DNA from: Aplysia californica
Taxonomy: Eukaryota
NCBI RefSeq assembly: GCF_000002075.1
Contig: NW_004797747.1
Coordinates: 359,085-423,084, forward strand
Length of the DNA: 64,000 nucleotides
Direction: 5' to 3'
A program made the position numbers and the translations under genes. Shown here one piece after another: positions 51,358-64,000 of the stretch. The notes under the pieces were generated by a model. It did not search any database, was not told where the DNA came from, and saw only the letters and a list, made by a program, of their open reading frames with translations. The number at the start of each line of letters is the position of its first letter. Position 1 is the stretch's first letter.

Positions 51358-54300
51358 ATGTTTCGTCTCAGAGCACCAACAACGATGCTGTGTAAGAGCA
51401 AGGTTGTGGAGAAAGCTTTGAGTCGTGGCAAGGTCTTGACTATTGACAACATGAACCCTCATGTGAAAAATATTGAATACGCAGTAAGGGGACCGATTGT
51501 CATTAGAGCCGGAGAGATTGAAAAAGAACTCAATGCGGTGAGTAACGTATTTCGTAGGCCGAAGCTTTCTTGAGGGGCGTGTAATGTTTGTGTTCAGTGG
51601 GCAGAGATTATGAGGTGTGTAAACAAAAACTCCTTCCTTCTTAGTTCTGAAGTTTGACCACTTACTCGTCGTACCTATCCCTGTCGCATGTGCTAAGATG
51701 AAGTGTACCTTAATTAAACAAAGCAACTTTACCTTCTCTGAATGTAGTGTAAGGATCCGAAGTGCTTTTTACTGGACTTTTTTTTCACTATCCAGGACAA
51801 CAGAGGGTCTAGCAGAATCTGCGAGATGTGAAATCTTTTCATAATCTATCATCTTGAATTTCACCACATGTACATAGATCTATATTTCAGGCTCCAGTGT
51901 CAAGGAAAGTAAAGAAAGTTGGACAAGTTGGTCAAAATATTACTTGAATTATACGAGTACGAGTGACATACCAGCAAAAGTTTTTTTACCTGACCATGAA
52001 GGAATAAAAGGTAGAAAGCTAAAAATTGGTACTAGCCTATCTTTCTCTGTGTAGTCGCCTCCCACAGTTAGGCCTCTATACATTTTTGCCATTGTTGTGT
52101 GACCTTGTACAGACATTGAGAATAGAAGACCCTCTCTTTGTCAGAAAACCAGCCTTCTACTGCTTCTTTGACCTGACATCGTCATGTTTAAAATGACTTC
52201 CTTTTAAATCCTTTTTCAGTTTGGGGAATAAAAAAAGTCGGACGGGGTTAAATCAGGAGAATAGGGCGGATGTGTCAAAATTTCATAGCCACTTTCTCGT
52301 GCAGTTTCTGCAGCTTTTCTTGAAGTGTGTGCTGTTGCATTGTCTTGAAGCAGCAAAATGCCTTTTGTCAGATCTTTTTTCTGCGTCTTTCTTTTGTATC
52401 CTCTCGTAATTTTTTTAGCTGGTTAGAATAATGGTCTCCAGTGATCGCATATCCATTTTCAAGATAGCCTGTTATAATCACTCCTTCTTGGTCCCCAAAA
52501 GCTGATAGCATCACTTTTCCACTTAATTGATAGCTGCACCTTTGCCTTCTTTGGTGATGGAGACGAGGGCAAGCTGTTTCCACTGCATTAATGCAGAGAT
52601 TTTGACTCGTGATCGTAGTGGTGGGCCCATGTCTCATCCATAGTTACAAGTCTTTCAAAAAATTAGTTTCATCCTTATCATACAGACCAAGCAATTCTTG
52701 ACAACAATCCACCTGTTGCATTTTTTTTAGGAGGAGTCAACAAATGTGGGACCCATCACGCAGAAACCTTGGTCATATCAAATGTTCATTTAAGATTCTT
52801 TCAACTGACCCAATGCTAAGCCAAGTTTCTTTGCTCAAACGTTTAACTGTCACTGGCCTTCTATCAGACAACACTGTAAGTTTCTTGATTTTCAACCCTA
52901 TTCTGTTCTGTTGTTGGCACTGTCACAGGGAAACCATCACGGTGGTCCTCTTCAATGTCCATGAATTCGCTTAAAAACTTTTTACGCCAGGATTTTATCC
53001 CAGCATAAGATGGGCAATCTGTTCCATATATACGGCATGCATCTCTGTAATAATATCCTATAGTTGCTTCCCTTACAAGAACAAAAACTTCATTACTGCC
53101 CAGTGCTCATTTTTCTCCATTTTTATGTTGAAACTGGAGAACATTATACCCCCATTCACTTACAGTGCGCTGGTGTTGAAACCGGTCATCGGAAATTCCC
53201 CCAAATGTACATCCATTCTAGGAAGATGATTGTTGGCTTTTATTCCAAATTTCAGCTTTCTACCTTTATTCCTTCATGGTCAGGTAGAAAAACTTTTGGT
53301 ATGCCTCCTCCACGTTAACATGCCTGTTGGGTTAATCGTCACTTACATGTGGTTGATTTTACTGCTTGTTTGATTGATTCAAATATGATCATTTGATAGT
53401 TTTATAAAAGCCTTTTCCGTATTGTTCGTTATGAGATGTTCCAGCATCGCTCGCGTCCCACACCATGACTGCGTGCGGGGCGAGCCAGTCATGCGGTGCA
53501 GTCAGCATCACTCCCCAACCTCCCTTCCCAGACACCCCCCCCCCCTCTTCCAGTCTCTCATGGTGAGACAAGGACTACGTTTTGGCTGTAACAATAACAA
53601 AGAAACACCTACCTGCTGTCGGGAAGGCTGTAAATCTGGGTGTTTAGTTGAGAATGCGAAGTCGATTTGTTCGAGATTCAATTGTTGCATGTTAGGGAAC
53701 CCCATGAAGTCAATACAAAGAAAATATAGGGACTGAAACGGGACCGAGCATAATGTTCGAGATACCCAAGAATTCATGATTTTTTGTTTTCGATATTTGT
53801 GGATTTTACTATATTGTGTTTTCTGCAGCAAAAAATACAGCTCAGTTTAGCCCCCAAAAGCAGTGCATCTGCATGTGGGTGCGAAATTAGAATTTTACCG
53901 CCTTTTCCTCTGGATCAGCACTGTTCTCAATTTTTTTCCCATTTTTTAAATGACAGATGATAAAGTAGCGTTCAGAGGATTCCCCGACCAAAAAGCCTTT
54001 TCTGCTTCTTTTGCTCCGCCAATATCCATGCGATCTGAACTGGATGTTAAGTTTAAATTTGATTGTAATTCCTAGTAATAAATGATAGTCAGGGTAAATA
54101 TAATGTTCTCCTCTCAACACCCTTACGTCTTTAAAGAGTTCCTCGAGATCTTACCTACCTTGTGTGGTTGTCTGTATTAACTGGTGAAATCCTGGAATGC
54201 TATGCCTCTAATGAACTGGTTGTTAAAGGCATATAGGCCATGTGGTCAGAAGTAATTTGTTGAAATTCAAATGTTGAAAAAAGCACCAAAAGTGCATAAT

Positions 54301-57300
54301 GTAGGTACAACTGCATTTTTTTTCTTTCTCCTGTAAAATTTTGCTTTCTGGGCTTTGTACATTTTAACAGCTTCCCTACATTATAGGCATTATAGGATTG
54401 GTCCCAAACAGACACCTTTTGACACTTTAACACTTTGCTGCTCCTTTCGCCGTCGGTCGGCGATGTTTACACCTAGTTTCTTTGGATTTTCCCCAAAAAA
54501 CCTTTGCCTTTGATGGCAAGAGTTTTTACTTTATATGAGCCTTGTTATGGCAAAGTGTTAAGCTCACCAAAGTCAGCACTTTTTGTTGGTGATGTGACTC
54601 CATTTTTATGAACACGGACTAAGTTCAATGTCATATATGTGAATTGCAATATGGTAGAACCCTGATGGTTAACCTTGATTTCTTGAATAGGATTGAAATG
54701 TCTAGGTGTTGATACTGTAATTTAGTCGAGCAAGGTAAGAATAGAAACTTTTCCTTTTGCTGGTTTGGCGCAAACAACTATTTTTTTAACTCTCAAAAGT
54801 CAGAGCAGTCAATATGTTGTGGAGCTGCCTATATGTGCAGACTGAAATAAGGAAATTCCATTACTGTTTGATTTTTTAAATGAGATTTCAACTAAAAAAT
54901 AGCAACTTTTTCAGGGACTAATGATGGAAGTGAAAATCTGATAATTTTTAGCTCATCAGGCGAGAGTAACTACCTTTTCAAATTAAGCTGTTACAACTGT
55001 GTGCTAAGAACTGGAAAAGACTGTTCCTGAATTGACTGAATCATTAAGGATGTTGGTGATGATTTCAATGAAACTTTCAAGGAAGGAGACTTGCAAAGGT
55101 GTTGGGATGGGTTAATGAAACTTTCAAGGCGTTGGGATGGGTTAATAGTGGCACGACTTCGTTGCAGATGACCATTTGACATAGTTAGCTGTGACCCTTG
55201 TAGACTGTGTGAGGGCAACTGTGGTTTACTGGTGTTATATAAAAAAGGCCCTGATTTTATGGTCTAACATGTAAGTTCTTCAAATTGTCATGTTTGTATA
55301 ATTGATTATTCACTGTCTGTAAAAATTGCTGAGGTGGCAATTAAGTTGTCTTGATTATTTCATCAGGAGGTTATTCCGACACTAGTACACTCTTCAAACA
55401 AAAGCTAACAACCATCCGTATAAAATTTGACAGCCCCTAGCACTGAAAATCCTCCCCCACCCCACCACTGCACACAGACTGAGAATAGGTAAAATGTAAA
55501 ATTTCCAGATGGATTTTTTTGTGATGGTAGTTTATCAGTAGATGTAAAAACAAAGTTTTTTAGAGCCTGAATTTTAAGACCTTTTGGGGGGGGGGGGGGA
55601 TTAAGTAGCCAGGATATTGTTTTTTGGTTGTTGTTGTTGTTGTTGTTTTGTATTTTGGTAAGTGTTTTACGGTGCTTGCAATTGCCTAAGGTCATATGAG
55701 CTAGCGGGGGACACATCAAACATTTTCAGTTGGTAGGAAATTTTGAATTTTGCCCCGGTGGCGGCCGAACCCTTTTCTTATCGACTTTGGACCATCAGGG
55801 GATCTTTAACGTGCGCAACTTGCACACGTGACCTCCTGAGTTTTTTTGCCCTTGTTTGAGAAGGCTAGGTGTAGATCTTACCTACCAGAAGATCAGGGGT
55901 GTGGCTGAAAGACAGCAGTAAGAAGGAGCCAAGGAGAAGCAGTAGAAAGGCTGCAGAAAGAGATAAGAGGGTATTGTTGGAAACGAAGGAAAATGATGAT
56001 GGCAGTTTGATTGTTTGTCTTAAAAAATGTTTTTAATTCTAGCAGAGAAATAATGTTAAGGACGCTTTTTAGTAGATTCAGAAATATTGAAACACTGGAT
56101 GGTTTATTAATTCTAAGTTGTCACCGTGTAAAAGCCCCTTTGGTGATGGAATGCTGTCAAATTGTGTAGCGTCCAAATAATGCTGTTTGTTTTTTTCCCA
56201 CTTATATTATCAGGGCGAAAAGAAAAATTTTACCGATGTCATCAGAGCAAATATTGGAGACTGCCATGCCACTGGACAAGAGCCACTCACATTCTTAAGA
56301 CAGGTGAACAGATTTTTTTTCCACCTATTTACATTATAGGTCTACACCATATTTTTCTTGGCTTGTCTAAATAGTCAAACAGAAATATAAAGTCTTTCCT
56401 TCAGACTCCATTTGGCATGTTAGTTTTTTGGGTGTCAGCTATCCGTGGCGGACAGAATTATTTCTGTTTATACTGTGTGATGGTCGTCAAATCATATTTT
56501 CTAATGATGTGAATTTTGTTTCTGTAGCACTTTGCAGTGAGTTGCAACCAATTAGTGAATTGTGTTCCTAGGTAAAAATGGTTCAAATGCAATTGATTAC
56601 ACATTCAAGAGCCTTAGACCAGACAGTCACTGAACACACAAATGAACTTTGTCGAGTGTGTGGGCGTTTAAATTTAACTGTCAAACGAAAAAAAAAGGTT
56701 ACAGAAAGCTCCAATTTTGTAAGACAATGGAGATATTGTCTTGATTTATGGGACTGATGTGAGGGACGAAGATAAACAGTCGTATTCCGCTAACATTTGT
56801 GTCAAGTGTTTTACAGCGATTTCAACGATCAGAAGTAGACAGAGTGTTACGTCAATACAAGCTGAAAAAAAAAGCTGTTGAAGCTAGTAGTAATATACAT
56901 GGTGTGCCTTTAACAATAACATCAATGTGAATTCCTGCTCCGTTTGTCGGCATCACTTGAGTCTTGTTGGTGGCTGCATACAAAGAAAACCTGCACCTCC
57001 AGAGCTGAGCTGCTCACATCATACACATCACACACATTCTATAGTCCAGTTATAAAGGATGACACATCAACAAGTCTTATTGCCAGCCCGACACCAAGTA
57101 GCATTTTGAAGAAACAAGTCTTGACCTATTAGCACATCCTGTCACCTAATCAACACTTATGAAAATTTCAAGGTCGTATACACTCACACAACAGATACAT
57201 CAAAATCTCTGATGTCCAAACATGAACTTACATTCACTCGCTCACTAAACAGGCCAGAAGATCAACCTCTAACGAAAGAAGAGGCGAAACTAAACTACTC

Positions 57301-60300
57301 ACATATTGAATCAAAATAAAGTTGTAAAGCTGACAGCAAAGGGAGAGCCATTAATGGAAAATACTTGCGCCACAGATAGAGACATTATGACATCTAAAGT
57401 CAGGACACCAACAAAACGCAAACAAGTACACATTTTATAAGACACCAGAGAACACATAGTGGGCACATACAAACAATCAGATGACATACAAATGGCCTCA
57501 GAATTGAAGAGAATACCCTCTATTTGGAGACATGCAATTTTTTAGAGGCGCTGGGATTAAACAGAAATCGGTGCCGTATATTGATAGGAGAATACAGATT
57601 CAATTGGAACATACAAAAAGCCATGTTCCCTGTACCGCTGCAGACAAAATTTTGAGTGAGTCAATTTTCTAACTCATTTTCCTGTCTTATGTACCGGTTT
57701 TGTAAATATTTATCAGCAAGTTAATAAGTTATTAGCCACTGAAGTAGGTGTTTGTTGTTTCGACCTACTCTGAATAGACGTACATTTTAAGAGCATCTAT
57801 TTCCAGAACGAGAGCAGCAACGATATTGATTCTTTGTACCAACAAAAAGAAGTCTAGTTTCTTTCTGTAAAGAACAAACTTGTGTGTACATACGATATTA
57901 TTTGTTTGTGTAAACCAATAAAACATGGGTCGTAAACTCTTTATAACATTTGCCTTCGCTGGTAGCGTGAGGTGGGGTGTGTGACCCGGTCACTCCATTG
58001 CCGAGCCAACTAAAAGAATGGTGTTTGTACGCCATGTTGTGTAGCTCAGAAACGACTACCATAATTTTGGAGCAGGTGTTACATTTGTATATCTCTGTTA
58101 TCAGGTAGTTGGGATTTGTGCCTACCCCAAGCTGTTTGAGGACCCCAGTCTCCCTGAAGATGCCAAACAGAGAGCTGACAGGATTCTGAACTCTTGTGGG
58201 GGAAGGAGCCTGGGTAAACTCTGAACACAATGTTTTGCTTCAACGACATTCCTTCACTGTTCAAATAAACTCAGTTATGCCTTATGAGAAATAGTGTTGG
58301 TTATGCAGAAATAGCTTCTCTGCCACTAGAATTTGTAATGAAAAGTATATTGCAATATATGAAGTGCCTTTAATCAGACCTACCCAACTTTCATTGAATG
58401 AAAATTAATACTGCTACATTATTATCTCACTATTGACCATTAAACATGAACACCTAAAAATTTGTTTAACCCTATCCGTACGCCCTGGGGTCATTTTGTA
58501 CCCCCGGGGTTGTATTCTTCACATTTTAGAATACTTCTAGTACGAAGATCTCTTTGAAGCTTTCAGTATTTCTAAAAAATTAATCATTTTGACAGACTGC
58601 TATGCAAAGCGTACCGATCGGATTAACGAGTAAATTTCCTGTTTGGAAAGTGGTGGCACAGAATTCCCCACGTCGTATGGATACGATAATAAAACACGAT
58701 GTACGGATAGTGTTAAAGAACACCTGTTCTCATGTATCCTCTCTTGTAGGACTGATGTGCCTTATGAATAATGGATTAGATTGTTTAATGTCCATTCCTT
58801 GTGAACAATTAGCTGGTGTAGACTCTACTGTTTGTGTGCTTTTGTTTTTTTGTTGTTTTTTTTCAATTTGCAGTGTTCAGCATCTGGCGCCATAAGTATA
58901 TATCATAACATGGTGACCAAGGAAAACGTGCTTTACTCGTAAAGAAAACAAAGTTTTTCGTGATTATTGAGGAGCTGATTGTCACACCAGTGTACTAAGA
59001 TAGATTCTTTTCCTAACATTGCCAGGCTCTTACAGTGACAGTGCTGGCCTGACTGTGGTAAGAGAAGACATAGCACAGTACATCACAGAGAGAGATGGGA
59101 TCCCAGCAGACCCTGCCAACATCTTCCTGTCTACTGGAGCCAGTGAAGCTATCAGGGTAAAAGAGTAAAAAAAAAAAAAAAGAATAATAATTTTAAGCAG
59201 TAGATTTAATTCCAGTATTGGCAAACCTCTTTTCTGATCAAGGAGTTAACAAAGAAATTGCAAAGAGCCCGGGGTTTCATGGAAAAAAAACCCAAAGGCG
59301 ACCCTTTAACTCCAGGACAAAGTACTTAGTTTGGTAATAATTAGAAAAATAGATGCCACAGAATTTTAGAAAATGAATTGAAACACAGGTAGATTGAAGA
59401 GTCGTGGGCAAAAACAATTGTGCTGAATTATAAATCTGTCAATAGCATTGCTCGTGTTTGCTTTTTTTAACCCTGCAAGTATGGCTATACAAATAGCCTG
59501 TGGTTTCAGGAAAAATTTAATGATTCATTGGGAAATGCTTGAGAACAGGTAAACTTGACCATAAACCTACACATTTTAAGGAATTAAATCGTAAATAGAG
59601 AGTAGGGCTCATTTGTGAAGGAGTTGGAATTGTTTGATGTAGTAAAAAAAACCTGATTAATGAACCAAAATTGTGATGCAAATAACAGCTGATTAAATCA
59701 GCTGCGACACCTCAGAACAGTAGGAGAGGTAATGAATTACCCATTGTCAGTTTCATATGAATGCCATTCCAATGACCATCCACTATTCAGTTTTTCTGTG
59801 GATTTAATGACTTGTTGGTAAAAAATTAAAAAGGAATGTGGCCCACAAATGCTTTTGTACAAACACAGTGCCTAAAGCCACTTATTCAGCTATCTAATTT
59901 CTTTATTTTGCTCCACAATTGTTGTAACTCATTTGCTGATCAATTCTTTTTCCTTTCTGCAGAATGTCATGAAGCTTTTGATGACAACTCTTGAAGGCAA
60001 TGATAAATCAGGAGTGATGATTCCCATTCCACAATACCCTCTGTACACAGCCACCATTGCTGAATATAATGCAGAGCCTGTAAGGACTTTCTTCACTCTA
60101 TAGTTATTTATGGTATCCACTTGGTGTACATGTCCAGTGCATTTTCATGATATTGCTGTTGTCACATGGTTCCTCTAACATGTCGCAGTCTACTCCCTAA
60201 TTTTTCCTCTTTTTTTTTTTACCCATTGCTTTCATTTTGCTGCTCTCCAAGGTTTAAAATAATTATTTCCTAAAATACTTTTGTTGGATTCGTAAACAAG

Positions 60301-63300
60301 AAAAGTTTCAAGTTGCTTGAGCTGTGCTACTTGCAGAAAGATTCACAGGTTATAATTACATCTGTGTGATGAGGATATGAAGCTAATGGATATTTTCATA
60401 CTCCTTTCAAATTCTGTTCTACATATCCAATGTTTGTCGTGTCTCTTTCTTGCTTTTTGTCTTGTATCCATGCTCTATAAGAAGTGGAAGGGCTTCAATC
60501 TACTTTTTATGAAGGATTTATAAGAATTTATTTACAGGAATTTCTACAACAACTGTATTGAATCAATTGATGTTCTTCACTTTTATTTTGTTACTGAGGT
60601 TTTTCTTGCCTCATGAATTTGCAATTTCCCGACTTCATATGGCCTAGACTGATATTTTTATGACAAAATGAGGTAGGCCTACGTGTTATGTTGAAACTGT
60701 ATTTTAAGAAAGATAACACATCCTTGTACATTAGAAATTAAAAAAAAAATATATATTATTTGCAGACTATCGAATTCTTACAGATGAACTTTCCTACTTA
60801 ATTTTTGTGCAACTTGGTTTTTGGTCTGTGTTTATTTGGTGTCTTTTTTTAATCTGTTGTGTTCTACACGTACATATACTTTATACATTTTTGCGCCTCT
60901 CAGATCGGTTACCTTTTAGATGAGTCAAATAACTGGTCTCTGAGTCTGGACGAGCTGGAGCGGTCTCTGCAAGAAGCTAAACCTCATTGCAAACCCAAAG
61001 CCATTTGCATCATCAACCCAGGCAATCCTACTGGTATGTAATCTATGGGCTATAACTGTCATCTCTGATGAGCTTTTTTATGGCATTGTAAGGTACTTTT
61101 AAAAAAAATTGTTCTGGTTCTTTTACTCGTGTTTTATCCAACAACAAAAATTTGGAAGATACCAATAAACTCTATGCTCTATGCAACTCTTGCTCCTTCT
61201 TTCCTATCAAACATCTATCATCCTTATCTTCCCTCCTTCTTTTTTATGTTTGTTACTCTCTTGTAACACCTCTTATCTTCTGGCGCTCATATGACCTTAT
61301 GCAGTTGCAAGTGCCGTAAAACTCTTACTAAAACTTAAAACTGAACAACCTCTAGTCTGTTGTTGTTGTTGTTATCGATCCAGCAACAGCTGGGCTCTCG
61401 CCCTTCTGTCCAATGCCATGTAGTGATAAGTGCAGGTTTGCTGCAGTTGCTGTAATGTTCCATAGAGTGTGTTGTCAATGTTAGGTCTCGGAGGGAGAAG
61501 GGTACCTCTAGTCTAGTACATAAAGTTATCAGATCATAGCCGGCAACTGATCCATCTAAAAAAGAAGTTGAGAAAGGTTTTGGTAATCCTTTGACCTACA
61601 AAAATATGAGCCTCCGTTTGTGATGAGTGTTAAAAAAAAATTCCCATAAATTAAAGTCAGCCTGTTAGGCGTAAATATTGTATACCACTTTTAAGATAAT
61701 TTGATTACCTTTACTGTGACATGCAAGTCTTAGCGCAGGCAATCTCTTTTGTATGCTGTGACCTAATTTCAGTGTTACTATAAATAGAAATGCTCGTGAC
61801 TTATGTCACGTTCAAGAAAACCCAATGATGAAAAAAAAGTATAAGATATCTTTTTTTTCTTCTAGAAAGCCAAAGCTTATCCGACTATCAAAAGAACCCN
61901 NNNNNNNNNNNNNNNNNNNNNNNNNNNNNNNNNNNNNNNNNNNNNNNNNNNNNNNNNNNNNNNNNNNNNNNNNNNNNNNNNNNNNNNNNNNNNNNNNNNN
62001 NNNNNNNNNNNNNNNNNNNNNNNNNNNNNNNNNNNNNNNNNNNNNNNNNNNNNNNNNNNNNNNNNNNNNNNNNNNNNNNNNNNNNNNNNNNNNNNNNNNN
62101 NNNNNNNNNNNNNNNNNNNNNNNNNNNNNNNNNNNNNNNNNNNNNNNNNNNNNNNGTGTGGGTGTGCGTGGGCATGTGTGTGTGTGTGTGAGAATTGACC
62201 ATGAAATACATTAGTCTGTTCCTCTTGTTACACAGGATTTGCATTTAACAATTATGCGATGAGCAGAAGTCATAATTTAGTACAGCCTTGAACAGCTATC
62301 AGCAGTTCTTTTGACCTCTCAAGGTCATTTGAGGTCATTCTAAAATTGTTGGACAGGAAGCGATGTAGAAAATAACTCAGAGACAAAAGAAAAGTAGTAA
62401 CTGCTGTAATTTGATTAGAAATAATAAAATATCGCTAACTAACTCAAAAGTCTAGTGAGATAACACTAGTATTATATTTTAAGAATATTCACTCTAACTT
62501 AAAAGGTACTTTTAGAATGTATTATTTTCAAGCCTCTCACTCTACCGTTCCATATGGAAGGATTTTTCATTTAGAGAATGAAAGTTCAAGAGAGTTAAGA
62601 TGGATTCCTCAAAGAAAGAGAAAGAGAGGAAAGCCTCAAAGCACTTGTAGAAGGGACTTGGATTCAGACCTCAAATAGATTGGATACAGTTGGACAGAGA
62701 GGTAGAGACTTTAGCTCAAACCAGAAGTTAATGGAGAGCTCTTGTTGGTGGCATGTTATGAGAAATTCATTGATGATGATATGTCTGGATTGCTTTGCTG
62801 ACTCTTGTTACCTTATGATGAGCAAGGGCTGATTAGGGTCAGACTGAACTGTTCAGTTGTCGTCTCAAATTATTTTTAACTGATTCAAATATTTATAGTT
62901 TTCAGTTCAAATTTCTGTAAAGCTATAAAGCAAATGATGAAATTTATGCCTGTATGATTTGCAATTGTGGGTGGTTGGTGGGTGCTTTAGTGTAGTTTAC
63001 TTCATCTTCTCTATCAAACGTTTATCGTCCTTATCTCTCCTCCCTTTTTTTAATGTTTGTTACTCTCTTGTAACACCTCTAATCTTCGGTACTTATATGA
63101 CCTTATTGTGTTGCAAGTCCTGTAAAACTCATTATAAAACAATTTTTTTAAAAAGATTTACAAGTGTCATACTTTTCATTGTCATGAAGTGATGGAAGCA
63201 AACATTTACATTACCATAATATGTTCATTGTTATTCAGGACAAGTTCTGACAAGGCAGAACATTGAGGACATTATTCGGTTTGCTCATAAAGAAAACCTG

Positions 63301-63318
63301 TTCATCATGGCTGATGAG
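51358..63318 (+). CDS. GPT2: Alanine aminotransferase (GPT/GPT2-like, class I/II PLP-dependent), 5' part; gene continues beyond the window
   Basis: join(51358..51537,56214..56303,58105..58213,59026..59156,59963..60079,60904..61033,63239..63318...). Motifs: [90 protein letters not shown]. Introns are GT-AG and phases are consistent. GPT versus GPT2 cannot be resolved in an invertebrate. Confidence 0.93.
51958..53316 (-). mobile_element. Decayed mariner (Tc1/mariner DD34D type) transposon in GPT intron 1
   Basis: About 70-bp TIRs (catacc..aaaagtt..tacctgaccatgaaggaataaaaggtagaaagct versus agctttctacctttattccttcatggtcaggtagaaaaacttttggtatg). Minus-strand relic begins [15 protein letters not shown] at 53120 and contains [37 protein letters not shown] and [20 protein letters not shown], with stops and frameshifts. 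Confidence 0.92.
54431..54557. mobile_element. TTAA-flanked about 125-bp MITE (family 4), second copy
   Basis: ttaa|cactttgc ... gcaaagtg|ttaa. Reverse-complement of 46655..46778. Confidence 0.8.
55655..55960 (-). mobile_element. SINE family B copy
   Basis: Shares ggaccatcagggatctttaacgtgcgcaacttgcacac and the taaggtcatatgagc tail with the copies at 30861 and 18690. Confidence 0.65.
56578..57545 (+). pseudogene. Decayed transposase relic with RAG1 N-terminal/Chapa-like zinc-binding motifs (Chapaev or N-RAG-TP type)
   Basis: Broken frames read HSRALD...ELCRVCG (56602-56664), [20 protein letters not shown] (56753-56812), [16 protein letters not shown] (56900-56974) and [24 protein letters not shown] (57266-57512). 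Contains frameshifts and stops. Termini not identified. Confidence 0.6.
58470..58712. mobile_element. TTAA-flanked about 240-bp MITE (piggyBac-like family 3), second copy
   Basis: TTAA at 58466..58469 and 58713..58716. TIR ccctatccgtac / gtacggatagtg. Confidence 0.85.
61900..62155. other. Assembly gap (N run) in GPT intron 6
   Basis: Run of N next to a (GT)n tract. Confidence 1.
62595..62780 (+). mobile_element. Degenerate RTE-like LINE 3' end
   Basis: [26 protein letters not shown] followed by a (GAT)n tail. Confidence 0.5.
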
Positions 63319-63383
63319 GTTTGTAGATATACATTGTCTTTTAGATTTCATATTTTCATTTTTCATCCTGTGACTTTACCTCT

Positions 63384-63394
<11 letters not shown>

Positions 63395-63414
<20 letters not shown>

Positions 63415-63583
63415 AGTAGAGGTTTTACGGCGCTCGCAACTGCAAAAGGTCATATGAGCGCCAGAAGATTAGAGGTGTTACAAGAGAGTAACAAACATAA
63501 AAAAAGAAGGGGGAGATAAGGACGATAGATGTTTGATAGGAAAGAAGAAGCAGACCACACCAGAGCACCCGCCAACCACCCAC
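63395..63583 (-). mobile_element. Short retroposon family A (about 165 bp, no tRNA head, I-group LINE tail, poly-A)
   Basis: gtgggtggttggcgggtgctctggtgtgg...ggcgctcatatgacct..gcagttgcgagcgccgtaaaacctctact(a)n. Other copies: 62967..63140(+), 61190..61345(+), 45575..46011(-), 25043..25114(-), 18483..18650(+), 5996..6030(+), 20585..20650(-). Confidence 0.8.
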
Positions 63584-64000
63584 ATTTACTTCTTTCGTCA
63601 GTAATGTCTATTTAGAGTGTGATTCATCTTCACATTTGTTTGGTTGTGTACTTATCTTTTAATTTTTAACATTGTTTTGTTTAAGTCTGTACTATTATTT
63701 ACAGTTGTAAGCCATAAGTCCCACAAAGCTATTATAGTTTTACATCATGTTTATGGAAATCTTAATCAAACACTGATTTTTTTTGCCACCTTACTGACTT
63801 ACTCACTCACTCATTTATATATATATATATATATTATATATGTGAGGTGTGCTGGCAAAATGAGTTGCTTCTCGGATTTTAGCGTTATGGAAACTGATAC
63901 ACCAACTTGATAGCTGAAGTTTGTGCAATTTGTGAGCATAGTAAAAGACACGGTAGACTTGAACAAAATGGCATCAATTGAAAATCTATAAATCTGACCC

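Overview
Intron-rich animal genomic DNA, probably from a lophotrochozoan such as a gastropod mollusc. This is an inference from the ancestral-type intron density, frequent (AGATCT)n tracts and the SINE/LINE types present. Three spliced protein-coding genes were reconstructed by hand with consistent exon phases: FEN1 (+, 2306..18124, 13 coding exons, 376 aa), TRAPPC8 (-, 50922..26793, 25 exons, about 1507 aa) and an alanine aminotransferase GPT/GPT2 (+, from 51358, 7 exons seen, continuing past the window end). FEN1 and TRAPPC8 are tail-to-tail. TRAPPC8 and GPT are head-to-head, with start codons 435 bp apart. The introns are packed with transposon relics: several TTAA-flanked piggyBac-type MITE families, 9-10 bp TSD MULE/foldback elements, a pogo/Tigger MITE, a decayed mariner, RTE and I-group LINE 3' ends, and SINEs that share the I-group LINE tail. 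The most notable observations are a decayed RAG1-N-terminus-like (Chapaev/N-RAG-TP type) coding relic in GPT intron 2, a textbook U12 minor-spliceosome intron in TRAPPC8, and TRAPPC8 splice signals that coincide with repeats. Most ORFs in the supplied track are spurious or are single exons read through into introns. There are two assembly gaps.
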